Shown here: in pieces, positions 39,075 through 51,300 of the stretch
How positions within the stretch are numbered: the first letter of the stretch is position 1
Layout of the letters: every line of letters begins with the position of its first letter
Assembly (NCBI GenBank): GCA_964016885.1
Contig: OZ024757.1
Location: forward strand, 3,410,001 to 3,474,000
Length of the DNA: 64,000 nucleotides
DNA from: Eledone cirrhosa
Taxonomy: Eukaryota
Direction of reading: 5' to 3'
Translations under genes and position numbers: made by a program
Notes under the pieces: model-generated
Database searches by the model: none
What the model saw: the letters and a program-made list of their open reading frames with translations, nothing else
Told to the model about the DNA's origin: nothing

Positions 39075-41676
39075 GGGATAACAAATTATTGTTATAGGTA
39101 GTCCACTTAGATGTAGTCCAGTTAGGGTACTCCGAGTAGTGGATCGTATCAACACTTGGCTAAGTTTGACTCAACAAGGCGTTTCCATAGTGATGTTGCG
39201 AGTACGTGGTGATTTCTATGTTGTTTACACTTGGAGTAATGATAAATCAAGAAAAAAGAGTGACACGGTTTGCTATACAATAAGGGCTTTAATCACATTG
39301 CTGACAATTGTTTCTCTGAACTGGTAGGTCTAGAGATCGCTACCCGCTTGTTTCTGCGTCAATCGATCACCAATACATAGTTATAACCAGTCAATTCATC
39401 AGAGCTTGCGAGAATGAAGGGAATACACAGGCATGGCTTCTATATATAGTAGTGGCATTCAATCAGAACAATAACAACAATACTAACAATGCTAGCAATA
39501 AATTAGTTGAAATAATCACAACATCAATCTAAATAAGACATAGAGTATACTTATGACTTTAGCATGTAAAACGAGCTGATATGAGGCAGATGTATGAAAT
39601 TGACATGTAAAAGCTGTCATGGGGTGTATTATATATAGTGTAGAGATAACCTGGGGCTTGAAACAATGTACCATTTCCTTTACCGTAGGTTTGGTGACCG
39701 TAAGAATTATTTTTTATCTGACAGATAAAATATTTTCATTGTAGTGAGGATAGTAATTTTTGTGGTGTAAAGCGGATTCAATATTTAAGTGGTCTATATT
39801 AGATGAAGGGATTGTTAGTTCGAATCATTGGGTTGTTTAGCTTTCACATCATCAATAACATACATGTATAAGATGACACTAACAGAGTAGCAATATAATA
39901 GGTAAGTTAATACAGAGGTTAAGGAGGCAATATATATATATAGAGAGAGAGAAAACATGCTGACTACAATTATAACAACAGGAGGAAAGTGATGTTTTAC
40001 TGTGGTAGTATTCTGATAATGTACTTGGATTTAGGTTCATCTGTTGAGAATCAAGGGTGAGGAAGTTGTGTTAACAGCAGCTTAGAAGAGATATATTTAT
40101 GGGTTGATAAGATATTTGCAGACATTACTGTGGTATAGAATTATGGAGGCTGGAAGCTGCTTAAAGAATATTATAGTTCTGTGGTGGTCTGTGTAAGAGT
40201 GTGGATTTCATATGTTGAATGCTAAGTTATGTTGGTTCGATTCACGGTGGCTTAAATCTTGTGAATTTAGTAGCGATCCTGTGCCTGCAGAAAATTGATC
40301 TTTCTATCTTGTTGTTGAGTAGCCTTTTTTCATTCCTAAGGATATACAGTAATTCAAGATCGCAGAGCCTACAATAGGACATACCGGTACTATAAGCCCT
40401 TGCGGCCGACGACGTCGACCAGTTGATATTGTAGTTGATGTTATTGTCCTTAAGTTCCCAGATTTTTTGGCGAGGGTTGTAGAACCTATTAGTGCACGGT
40501 TCTTCATCGAGTGTCTGTGCACATACCATCTTTTTTTTTAAAGTACCCGCGGTGGATCCAATGTAATGCCAAGTGGAGTTGCCCGAGTTCACCGTACACA
40601 TGTACACTAGGCTCGAATCAAGGCAACTGTTCGCCAATGGGCACCTATTTGGTAGGTGACAATTGCAGTTTGAGGTGTTATTCCGTGCAGCTTCTACACT
40701 GCTGTTTTGTACACTGCTATAAGTGGGTTGTGATTCGTGCCCGTTGAGGTTTTGCTGTTGCGTGCTTGTATACGTTTGCGGTTGTGATACTGTGATGTAT
40801 TTATGTTTAGAGTTTGGTGCTATGTTGCGCATAAGTGGGGCAGTTTCCCTAGAGGTATTTCTGTGGTTGATCTTGCGTATGTGGGATTCTATATTTGCAG
40901 CCGTAGAGTATGAGAGTTTTATAGTTTTTCTATTGAGGATTTTATGATATCTGTGTGATATAGGGAAGTGTTTATCTATTAGTTTAAAGAACGTAGAAGG
41001 CAGTCTAGTTTTTACAGAGGAGTTGAAGATTGGATTGAACCACAGATATTTTCTTTCTCTAATTCTTCTATTGTTTCCAGGGTTTACATTATTGGTGTTT
41101 GGACCACTTACTCTAGGTGCTACGTGCCTAACTCTATGTCTAGTCCTGTTACCTCTATTTTTGTGTGAGCGGTTGGTGTCAGTGTTAGTAGGCTTGTTTG
41201 AGTTGTCCTTATCCGTTATAAACTGCAGCTTTTCTTTGTGTCCGGCCCTATGTAATGCCGCGTTATAATAGTTAGCATGTTCAATAACAATTTCTAGGTT
41301 TGAGGATAAGCGGGATATTCTAAGGGATATACTACGTGCTATGGATCTGATTATGGATCTGGGGTGGTTTGAATTATAACTAATGTAGGCTAGATTCTCA
41401 TTATTTTTGTGTAAGGGTTCTATTAATCCCGTATTTAGATTTAGAGTCACATCTAGAAAGTTTGCCTTTTTATGATTCAGTTCGTAGGTAATACTTAGGC
41501 CTAGTTTTTTTAAGAATGTTCTAATGTTTTTTTCTTAATCTTTCCATGCTCTGGTTATTTAAGTTCCTAGCTATAAGGAGCGTGTCATCTCTATAAATCC
41601 CTCCTTGGAGGTTACTGAATTCTTTATGTAGGTTGTGTGCTATAAATAGCCCCACGACGTCAGTGACTTGCGCTGA

Positions 41677-41680
<4 letters not shown>
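39075..41680 (-). mobile_element. Third, divergent 5'-truncated Penelope-like element
   Basis: 41680-41570 reads SAQVTDVVGLFI...GGIYRDDTLL. ORF 40242-41450 has YISYNSNHP, WFNP, CNCHLPNRCPLANSC, VYMC...HYIGST and CRLC, with frameshifts. The 3' boundary is approximate. Confidence 0.88.
39293..39411 (-). ncRNA. Type I hammerhead ribozyme with a long stem II, in the 3' region of Penelope-like element 3
   Basis: UCGCA A GCU-CUGAUGA-[AUUGACUGGU...ACCAGUUCAGA]-GAAA-CAAUUG-UC-AGC AA UGUGA. Confidence 0.7.
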
Positions 41681-41731
<51 letters not shown>

Positions 41732-41741
41732 ATATAGAAAA

Positions 41742-41793
41742 GACTTCTACAGGACTAGAACTGTTTCATTCGGGAGAAATCATCAGGAAAGCC
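41742..41793 (-). ncRNA. Type I hammerhead motif with a true hairpin stem III (family also at 2360-2510, 23648-23760, 38485-38580)
   Basis: GGCUUUC-CUGAUGA-[U UUC UCCC GAA U]-GAAA-CAG UUCUAGUC CUG-UA-GAAGUC. Confidence 0.68.
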
Positions 41794-42381
41794 TTACTTC
41801 CTATGGTTACGCCCTCCCCCCCACACACACACAAACACATGCTTACGCAAGTGCTCAAGTATAGCTCTTTTTACAAAACGGTTTTTTTTCCATTTCAGGT
41901 AGACGCGCTCCATCATCCACTTTTCTAAAAAACAAATCATACACTGGACTAGAAATAGCCGTCGAAACGGCTTGAGGTCTGCCGTCGGGGTCATACATTT
42001 TCCCTATATATATATAGAATATTTTTTACGTATCGAGAGATAGAAAAGGAGGGATAGGTGATACATGTAGTTATTTGCCAAATAGCGTATGCAGAGAGTG
42101 CTCAATACTAGTGCCGGCAGTATTAAATATTAGGTGTCTAGTGGGCGAGAGAGTTAGCAGAGCGTAAGCACGTTGGAGAAGTAAAATACAGGAGAACAGA
42201 CCGTTAAAACATGTTTATTTAAAAGAGTCAAGATCCCTCTTGACTCTTTTTCTATATATATATATATAGGAAAAGAGCCAAGACCACTCTTAACTCTTTT
42301 CCTATTACCCTCCCTACTACCCATAGTATCGAGTTCTCTGGTGGGTTACGATCCACCTGGTTCCTTACCACAATTCCTTTG

Positions 42382-42422
<41 letters not shown>

Positions 42423-42659
42423 TAAAAATTAGCGAGAATCGAATTTCAGCTCAGGATTTAACGAAAAACACTTCCGAGTTGTGTGGCAAGCGCTCGATAA
42501 TTCATATGAATTAGAGCTACAACTTACGTTAAAGGCCAAACACACTGAAATGGTGGTTAAACTAATCATCCGCACAGCGAAAAAACGACCGTCTAATTCG
42601 GGTCAAGCAGATATAAAAATATAAAAATATAAAAATATATAGAAATATATATGGTTGAA

Positions 42660-42795
<136 letters not shown>

Positions 42796-42956
42796 TGTGT
42801 GTGTATATGTGTGTTAGAGATAGAGAGAGGAGAGTGAGATAGGAATAATGTAAGAGGGAGGGAGAGAGAAAGAGATGGAGGAGGAGAGATAGAGAAAGAG
42901 GGAGGTATAATGTGGAGAGGAGGTAGATAAAGTTAATGATTACTAAGACATGCTAC

Positions 42957-43200
42957 CTGCCAGGTGGGTCACCGCTCTCGTCAAAATGTACTTCCTCCCC
43001 AACGTAGCTGATGAAAGAGGTATTCATGAGGTATTTAAAGTAGGAGGTGCCTTTGATGTTCTTCATTGCCTCACACATTCCTGGATTACCATTACAAAGG
43101 TTCAGTTGCATCGCATGAAGGGCGTAGGCCATCGTGTACACAGCCTTCCTCACAAAACCCAGTTTCGGGTCTTGTTCAAAATCTCGCATTACTTCTGCAC
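42957..43200 (-). CDS. GRM5-like: Metabotropic glutamate receptor (group I, mGluR1/5-like) exon, C-terminal part of the Venus flytrap domain
   Basis: Encodes (G)AEVMRDFEQDPKLGFVRKAVYTMAYALHAMQLNLC...VHFDESGDPPGR. Acceptor ttctgatcag, donor AG|gtagca. Phase 1 in, phase 2 out, joining the 34040 exon as R-YDIMNFQ. Confidence 0.93.
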
Positions 43201-43304
43201 CTGATCAGAACAACAAAAAGCAAAATTAATAATCAAAAGAAATATTATTTATTTATTTATTTTACAATTTTAGTATTTTATTAATTGATAATCAAAAGAA
43301 AGGA

Positions 43305-45192
43305 GAGGGTATGTGTAACAGCCAGAAGGGAAGTAGATGTAACAGCCAGAGGGAGGTAGGTGTAACAGCCAGAAGGGAGGTATGTGTAACAGCCAGAAGG
43401 GAAGTAGATGTAACAGCCAGAAGGGAGGTAGGTGTAACAGCCAGAAGGGAGGTAGGTGTAACAGCCAGAAGGGAGGTAGGTTTAACAGCCAGAAGGGGGT
43501 AGGTGTAACAGCCAGAAGGGAGGTAGGTTTAACAGCCAGAAGGGAGGTAGGTGTAACAGCCAGAAGGGGGGTAGGTGTAACAGCCAGAAGGGAGGTAGGT
43601 TTAACAGCCAGAAGGGAGGTAGGTGTAACAGCCAGAAGGGAGGTAGGTGTAACAGCCAGAAGGGGGGTAGGTGTAACAGCCAGAAGGGAGGTAGGTTTAA
43701 CAGCCAGAAGGGAGGTAGGTGTAACAGCCAGAAGGGAGGTAGGTGTAACAGCCAGGAGTGGGGTAGGTGTAACAGCCAGAAGGGAGGTAGGTGTAACAGC
43801 CGGAAGGGAGGTAGGTTTAACAGCCAGAAGGGAGGTAGGTTTAACAGCCAGAAGGGAGGTAGGTGTAACAGCCAGAAGGGAGGTAGATGTAACAGCCAGA
43901 AGGGAGGTAGGTGTAACAGCCAGAAGGGAGGTAGGTGTAACAGCCAGAAGGGAGGTAGGTGTAACAGCCGGAAGGAAGGTAGGTTTAACAGCCAGAAGGG
44001 AGGTAGGTGTAACAGCCGGAAGGGAGGTAGGTGTAACAGCCAGAAGGGAGGTAGGTTTAACAGCCAGAAGGGAGGTAGGTTTAACAGCCAGAAGGGAGGT
44101 AGGTGTAACAGCCAGAAGGGAGGTAGATGTAACAGCCAGAAGGGAGGTAGGTGTAACAGCCAGAAGGGAGGTAGGTGTAACAGCCGGAAGGGAGGTAGGT
44201 TTAACAGCCAGAAGGGAGGTAGGTGTAACAGCCAGAAGGGAGGTAGGTGTAACAGCCAGAAGGGAGGTAGGTGTAACAGACAGAAGGGAGGTAGGTTTAA
44301 CAGCCAGAAGGGAGGTAGGTTTAACAGCCAGAAGGGAGGTAGGTGTAACAGCCAGAGGGAGGTAGGTGTAACAGCCAGAAGGGAGGTAGGTTTAACAGCC
44401 AGAAGGGAAGTAGATGTAACAGCCTGAAGGGAGGTAGATGTAACAGCCAGAAGGGAGGTAGATGTAACAGCCAGAAAGGAGGTTGATGTAACAGCCAGAA
44501 GGGAGGTAGTTGTAACAGCCAGAAGGGAGGTAGGTGTAACTGCCATAAGGGAGGTAGGTGTAACAGCCAGAAGGGAGGTAGGTGTAACAGCCAGAAGGGG
44601 GGTAGGTCTAACAGACACGAGGGGGGTAGGGGTAACAGCCACGAGGGAGGTAGGTGTAACAGCCAGAAGGGAGGTAGGTGTAACAGCCAGAAGGGAGGTA
44701 GGTGTAACAGCCAGAATTGAGGTAGGTGTAACAGCCAGAAGGGAGGTAGGTGTAACAGCCACGAGGGAGGTAGGTGTAAAAGCCACGAGGGAGGTAGATG
44801 TAACAACCAGAATCGAGGTAGGTGTAACAGCCACGAGGGAGGTAGATGTAACAGCCAGAAGGGAGGTAGATGTAACAGCTAGAAAGGACGTAGGTGTAAA
44901 AGTCAGGAGGGAGGTAGATGTAACAGTCAGGAGGGAGGTAGATGTAACAGCCAAGAGGGAGGTAGGTGTAACAGTCAGGAGGGAGGTAGGTGTAAAAGCC
45001 ACGAGGGAGGTAGATGTAACAACCAGAAGCGAGGTAGGTGTAAAAGCCACGAGGGAGGTAGATGTAACAGCCAGAAGGGAGTTAGGTGTAACAGCCAGAA
45101 GGGAGGTAGATGTAACAGCCAGAAGGCAGGTAGGTGTAACAGCCAGAAGGGAGGTAGGTGTAACAGCCAGAAGGGAGGTAGGTGTAAAAGCC
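43305..45192 (+). repeat. 24-nt minisatellite, roughly 78 copies
   Basis: Unit GTAGGTGTAACAGCCAGAAGGGAG, homogeneous on the left and more diverged on the right. Confidence 0.97.
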
Positions 45193-45233
45193 AAACTCGC
45201 TATCTTCAATTTAGTATTTGTCACAACCTTTAC

Positions 45234-45305
45234 CTATGTCCAAGTATATTGGGTAATGACTGGAAGAATACAATCGTGAATACAAATGACTGAAATAGGG
45301 TTTCT
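45234..45305 (-). CDS. Candidate 72-nt in-frame cassette exon (x-KPYFSHLYSRLYSSSHYPIYLDI-G)
   Basis: cccttcag|AGAAACCC...GGACATAG|gtaaag. Phase 1-1 and open in the frame needed by the 43200 exon. The peptide has no recognisable mGluR similarity. Confidence 0.33.
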   Translation of the reverse strand, partial: RNPISVICIHDCILPVITQYTWT

Positions 45306-45313
45306 CTGAAGGG

Positions 45314-48300
45314 TCGATAGAGTGTGTAAGGTTACTCGATAGAGTGTGTAAGGTTACTTGATAGAGTGTAAGGTTACTTGATAGAGTGTGTAAGGTTACT
45401 TGATAGAGTGTGTAAGGTTACTCGATAGAGTGTGTAAGGTTACACGATGGAGTGTGTAAGGTTACTTGATGGAGTGTGTAAGGTTATTCGATAGAGTGTG
45501 TAAGGTTACTCGATAGAGTGTGGAAGGTTACTTGATAGAGTGTGTAAGGTTACTTGATAGAGAGTGTAAAGTTACATGATAGAGTGTGTAAGGTTACTTG
45601 ATAGAGTGTGTAAGGTTACTTGATAGAGTGTGTAAGGTTACTTGATAGAGTGTGTAAGGTTACTTGATAGAGTGTTTAGTGTTACTTGATAGAGTGTGTA
45701 AGGTTACTTGATAGAGTGTGTAAGGTTAATTGATATAGTGTGTAAGGTTACTTGATAGAGTGTGTAAGGTTACTTGATAGAGTGTAAGGTTACTTGATAG
45801 AGTGTGTAAGGTTACTCGATAGAGTGCGTAAGGTTACTTGATATAGTGTGTAAGGTTACTTGATAGAGTGTGTAAGGTTACTTGATAGAGTGTAAGGTTA
45901 CTTGATAGAGTGTGTAAGGTTACTCGATAGAGTGCGTAAGGTTACTTGATAGAGTGTGTAAAGCTACTTGATAGAGTGTGTTGTGTTACTTGATAGAGTG
46001 TAAGGTTACTTGATAGAGTTTGTAAGGTTATTCGATAGAGTGTGTAAGGTTACTTGATAGAGTGTGTAGTGTTACTTGGTAGAGTGTAAGGTTACTTGAT
46101 AGAGTGTGTAAGGTTACTTGACAGAGTGTGTAAGGTTACTTGATAGAGTGTGTAAGGTTACTCGATAGAGTGTGTAAGGTTACTTGATAGAGTGTGTAAG
46201 GTTACTTGATAGAGTGTGTAAGGCTACTCGATAGAGTGTGTAAGGCTACACGATAGAGTGTGTAAGGTTACTTGATAGAGTGTGTAAGGTTAATTGATAG
46301 AGTGTAAGGTTACTTGATAGAGTGTGTAAGGTTACTTGATAGAGTGTGTAAGGTTACTTGTTAGAGTGTAAGGTTACTCGATAGAGTGTGTAAGGTTACT
46401 TGATAGAGTGTAAGGTTACTTGATAGAGTGAGTAAGGCTACTTGATAGAGTGTGTAAGGTTACTCGATAGAGTGTGTAGTGTTACTTGATAGAGTGTAAG
46501 GTTACTCGATAGAGTGTGCAAGGCTACTTCAAAGAGTGTGTAAGGTTACTTGATAGAGTGTGTAAGTTTACTCGATAGAGTGTGTAAGGCTACTTGATTG
46601 AGTGTAAGGTTACTTGATAGAGTGTGTAGTGTTACTTGATAGAGTGTGTAAGGTTACTCAATAGAGTGTGTAAGGTTACTTGATAGAGTGTGTAGTTTTA
46701 CTTGATAGAGTGGAAGGTTACTCGATAGAGTGTGTATGGTTACTTGATAGAGTGTGTAGTGTTACTTGATAGAGTGTGTAAGGTTACTTGATAGTGTGTG
46801 TAAGGTTACATGATAGAGTGTGTAAGGGTAGTTGATAGTGTGTGTAAGGTTACTTGATAGAGTGTGTAAGGTTACTTGACAGAGTGTGTAGTGTTCCTCG
46901 ATAGAGTGTGTAATGTTACATGATAGAGTGTGTAAGGTTACTTGATAGAGTGTGTAAGATTACTTGATAGAGTCTGTAGTGTTACTTGATAGAATGTGTA
47001 AGGTTACTTGATAGTGTGTGTAAGGTTACTTGATAGAGTGTGTAAGGTTACTCTATAGAGTGTGTAAGGTTACTTGATAGAGTGTGTAAGGTTACTTGAC
47101 AGAGTGTGTAGTGTTCCTTGATAGAGTGTGTAATGTTACTTGATAGAGTGTGTAAGGATACTGGATAGAGTGTGTGAGGTTACTCGATAGAGTCTGTAAG
47201 CTTACTTGATAGAGTGTGTAGTGTTACTTGATAGCGTGTAAGGATACTCGACAGAGTGTGTAAGGTTACTTGATAGAGTGTGTAAGGTTACTTGATAGAG
47301 TGTGGAAGGTTACTTGATATAGTGTGTAAGGTTACTCAATAGAGTGTATAAGGTTACTCGATAGAGTGTGTAGTGTTACTTGATAGAGTATGTAAGGTTA
47401 CTTGATAGAGTGTGAAATGTAACTTGATAGAGTGTGTAAGGTTACTCAATAGAGTGTATAAGGTTACTCGATAGAGTGTGTAAGGTTACTTGATAGAGTG
47501 TGTAAGGTTACTTGATAGAGTTTGTAAGGTTACTCGATAGAGTGTGTAAGGTTACTTGATAGAGTGTGTAAGGCTACTCGATAGAGTGTGTAGTGTTACT
47601 TGATAGAGTGTGTAGTGTTACTTGATAGAGTGGAAGGTTACTTGATAGAGTGTGTAAGGTTACTCGATAGATTGTGTAAGGTTACTCGATAGATTGTGGA
47701 AGGTTACTTGGTAGAGTGTGTAAGGTTACTCGATAGAGTGTGTAAGGTTACATGATAGAGTGTGTAAGGTTACTTGATAGAGTGTGTAATGTTACTTGAT
47801 AGAGTGTGTAAGGTTACTTGATAGAGTGTGTAAGGTTACTTGATAGAGTGTGTAAGGCTACTCGATAGAGTGTGTACGGTTACTTGATAGAGTGTGTAAG
47901 GTTACTTGATAGAGTGCATAAGGTTACTCGATAGAGTGTGTAAGGTTACTTGATAGAGTGTGTAACGTTACTCGATAGAGTTTGTAATGTTACATGATAG
48001 AGTGTGTAAGGTTACTCGATAGAGTGTGTAAGGTTACTGATAGAGTGTGTAAGGTTACTCGTTAGAGTTTGTAATGTTACATGATAGAGTGTGTAAGGTT
48101 ACTCGAAAGAGTGTGTAAGGTTACTTGATAGAGTGTGTAAGGTTACTTGATAGAGTATGTAAGGTTACTTGATAGAGTGTGTAAGGTTACTTGATAGAGT
48201 ATGTAAGGTTTCTTGATAGAGTATGTAATGTTACTTGATAGAGTGTGTAAAGTTACTCAATAGAGTGTGTAAGGTTACTCAATAGAGTGTGTAAGGTTAC

Positions 48301-51300
48301 TTGATAGAGTGTGTAAGGTTACTTGATAGAGTGTGTAATGTTACTTGATAGAGTGTGTAAGGTTACTTGATAGAGTATGTAAGGTTACTTGATAGAGTGT
48401 GTAATGTTACTTGATAGAGTGTGTAAGGTTACTCGAAAGAGTGGGTAAGGTTACTTGATAGAGTGTGTAAGGTTACTTGATAGAGTGTGTAATGTTACTT
48501 GATAGAGTGTGTAAGGTTACTTGATAGAGTATGTAAGTTAACTGGATAGAGTGTGTAATGTTACTTGATAGAGTGTGTAAAGTTACTCAATAGAGTGTGT
48601 AAGGTTACTCAATAGAGTGTGTAAGGTTACTTGATAGAGTGTGTAAGGTTACTTGATAGAGTGTGTAATGTTACTTGATAGAGTGTGTAAGGCTACTTGA
48701 TAGAGTGTGTAAGGTTACTTGATAGAGTGTGTAAGGTTACTTGATAGACAGTATAAGGCTACTTGATAGAGTGTGTAACGTTACTCAATAGAGTGTGTAG
48801 TGTTACTTGATAGAGTGTGTAAGGTTACTTGATAGAGAGTGTAAGGTTACTTGATAGAGTGTAAGGTTACTCGATAGAGTGTGTAAGGTTACTTGATAGA
48901 GTGTAAGGTTACTTGATAGAGTGTGTAAGTTTACTCGATAGAGTGTGTAAGGCTAATTGATAGAGTGTAAGGTTACTTGATAGAGTGTGTAGTGTTACTT
49001 GATAGAGTGTGTAAGATTACTTGATAGAGTGTGTAAGGCTACTTGATAGAGTGTGTAAGGTTACTCAATAGAGTGTGTAAGGTTACTTGATAGAGTGTGT
49101 AGTTTTACTTGATAGAGTGGAAGGTTACTCGATAGAGTGTGTATGGTTACTTGATAGAGTGTGTAGTGTTACTTGATAGAGTGTGTAAGGTTACTTGATA
49201 GAGTGTGTAAGGTTACTCTATAGAGTGTGTAAGGTTACTTGATAGAGTGTGTAAGGTTACTTGACAGAGTGTGTAGTGTTCCTTGATAGAGTGTGATAGA
49301 GTGTGTAATGTTACTTGATAGAGTGTGTAAGGTTACTTGATAGAGTGTGTAAGATTACTTGATAGAGTGCGTAGTGTTACTTGATAGAGTGTGTAAGGTT
49401 ACTTGATAGTGTATGTAAGGTTACTTGATAGAGTGTGTAAGGTTACACTATAGAGTTTGTAAGGTTACTCGATAGAGTGTGTAAGGTTACTTGACAGAGT
49501 GTGTAACGTTTCTTGACAGAGGGTGTAGTGTTACTTGATAGAGTGTGTAAGGTTACTTGATAGAGTGTGTAAGGTTACTTGATAGAGTGTGAAATGTTAC
49601 TTGATAGAGTGTGTAAGGTTACTCAATAGAGTGTGTAAGGTTACTCGATAGAGTGTGTAAGGTTACTTGATAGAGTGTGTAAGGTTACTTGATGGAGTTT
49701 GTAAGGTTACTCGATAGAGTGTGTAAGGTTCCTTGATAGAGTGTAAGGTTACTTGATAGAGATTGTAAGGCTACTTGATAGAGTGTGTAAGGTTACTCAA
49801 TAGAGTCTGTAAGGTTACTTGACAGAGTGTGTAAGGTTACTCGATAGAGTGTGTAAGGTTACTCGATAGAGATTGTAAGGCTACTTGATAGAGTGTGTAA
49901 GGTTACTCAATAGAGTCTGTAAGGTTACTTGATAGAGTGTGTAAGGTTACTCGATAGAGTGTGTAAGGTTACTCGATAGAGTGTATAAGGTTACTCAATA
50001 GAGTGTGTAAGGTTACTCGATAGAGTGTGTAAGGTTACTTGATAGAGTGTGTAAGGTTACTTGATGGAGTTTGTAAGGTTACTCGATAGAGTGTATAAGG
50101 TTCCTTGATAGAGTGTAAGGTTACTTGATAGAGATTGTAAGGCTACTTGATAGAGTGTGTAAGGTTACTCAATAGAGTCTGTAAGGTTACTTGATAGAGT
50201 GTGTAAGGTTACTCGATAGAGTGTGTAAGGTTACTTGATAGAGTGTAAGGTTACTCGATAGAGTGTGTAAGGTTACTTGATAGAGTGTAAGGTTACTCAA
50301 TAGAGTGTGTAAGGTTACTTGATAGAGTGTGTAGTTTTACTTGATAGAGTGGAAGGTTACTCGATAGAGTGTGTATGGTTACTTGATAGAGTGTGTAGTG
50401 TTACTTGATAGAGTGTGTAAGGTTACTTGATAGTGTGTGTAAGATTACTTGATAGAGTGTGTAAGGTTACTCTATAGAGTGTGTAAGGTTACTTGATAGT
50501 GTGTGTAAGGTTACTTGATAGTGTGTGTAAGGTTACACTATAGAGTTTGTAATGTTACATGATAGAGTTTGTAAGGTTACTCGATAGAGTGTGTAAGGTT
50601 ACTTGATAGAGTGTGTAAGGTTACTTGACAGAGTGTGTAACGTTTCTTGACAGAGTGTGTAAGGTTACTTGATAGAGTGTGAAATGTTACTTGATAGAGT
50701 GTGTAAGGTTACTCAATAGAGTGTGTAAGGTTACTCGATAGAGTGTGTAAGGTTACTTGATAGAGTGTGTAAGGTTACTTGATAGAGTTTGTAAGGTTAC
50801 TCGATAGAGTGTGTAAGGTTCCTTGATAGAGTGTAAGGTTACTTGATAGAGATTGTAAGGTTACTCGATAGAGTGTGTAAGGTTCCTTGATAGAGTGTAA
50901 GGCAACTTGATAGAGTGTGTAAGTTTACTCAATAGAGTCTGTAAGGTTACATGATAGAGTGTGTAAGGTTACTCGATAGAGTGTGGAAGGTTACTTGATA
51001 GAGTGTGTAAGATTACTTGATAGAGTACGTCAGGTTACCTGATAGAGTGTGTAAGGTTACTCGATAGAGTGTGTAATGTTACTTGATAGAGTGTAAGTTT
51101 ACTCGATAGAGTGTGTAAGGTTACTTGATAGAGTGTGTAGTGTTACTTGATAGAGTGTGTAAGGTTACTTGATAGAGTGTGTAAGGTTACTTGATAGAGT
51201 GTATAGTATTACTTGATAGAGTGTAAGGTTACTCGATAGAGTGTGTATGGTTACTTGATAGAGTGTGTAGTGTTACTTGATAGAGTGTGTAAGGGTAGTT

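Noticed and set aside
43311-45224. 327-aa and 580-aa repetitive ORFs
   Set aside because: By-products of a stop-free 24-nt minisatellite.
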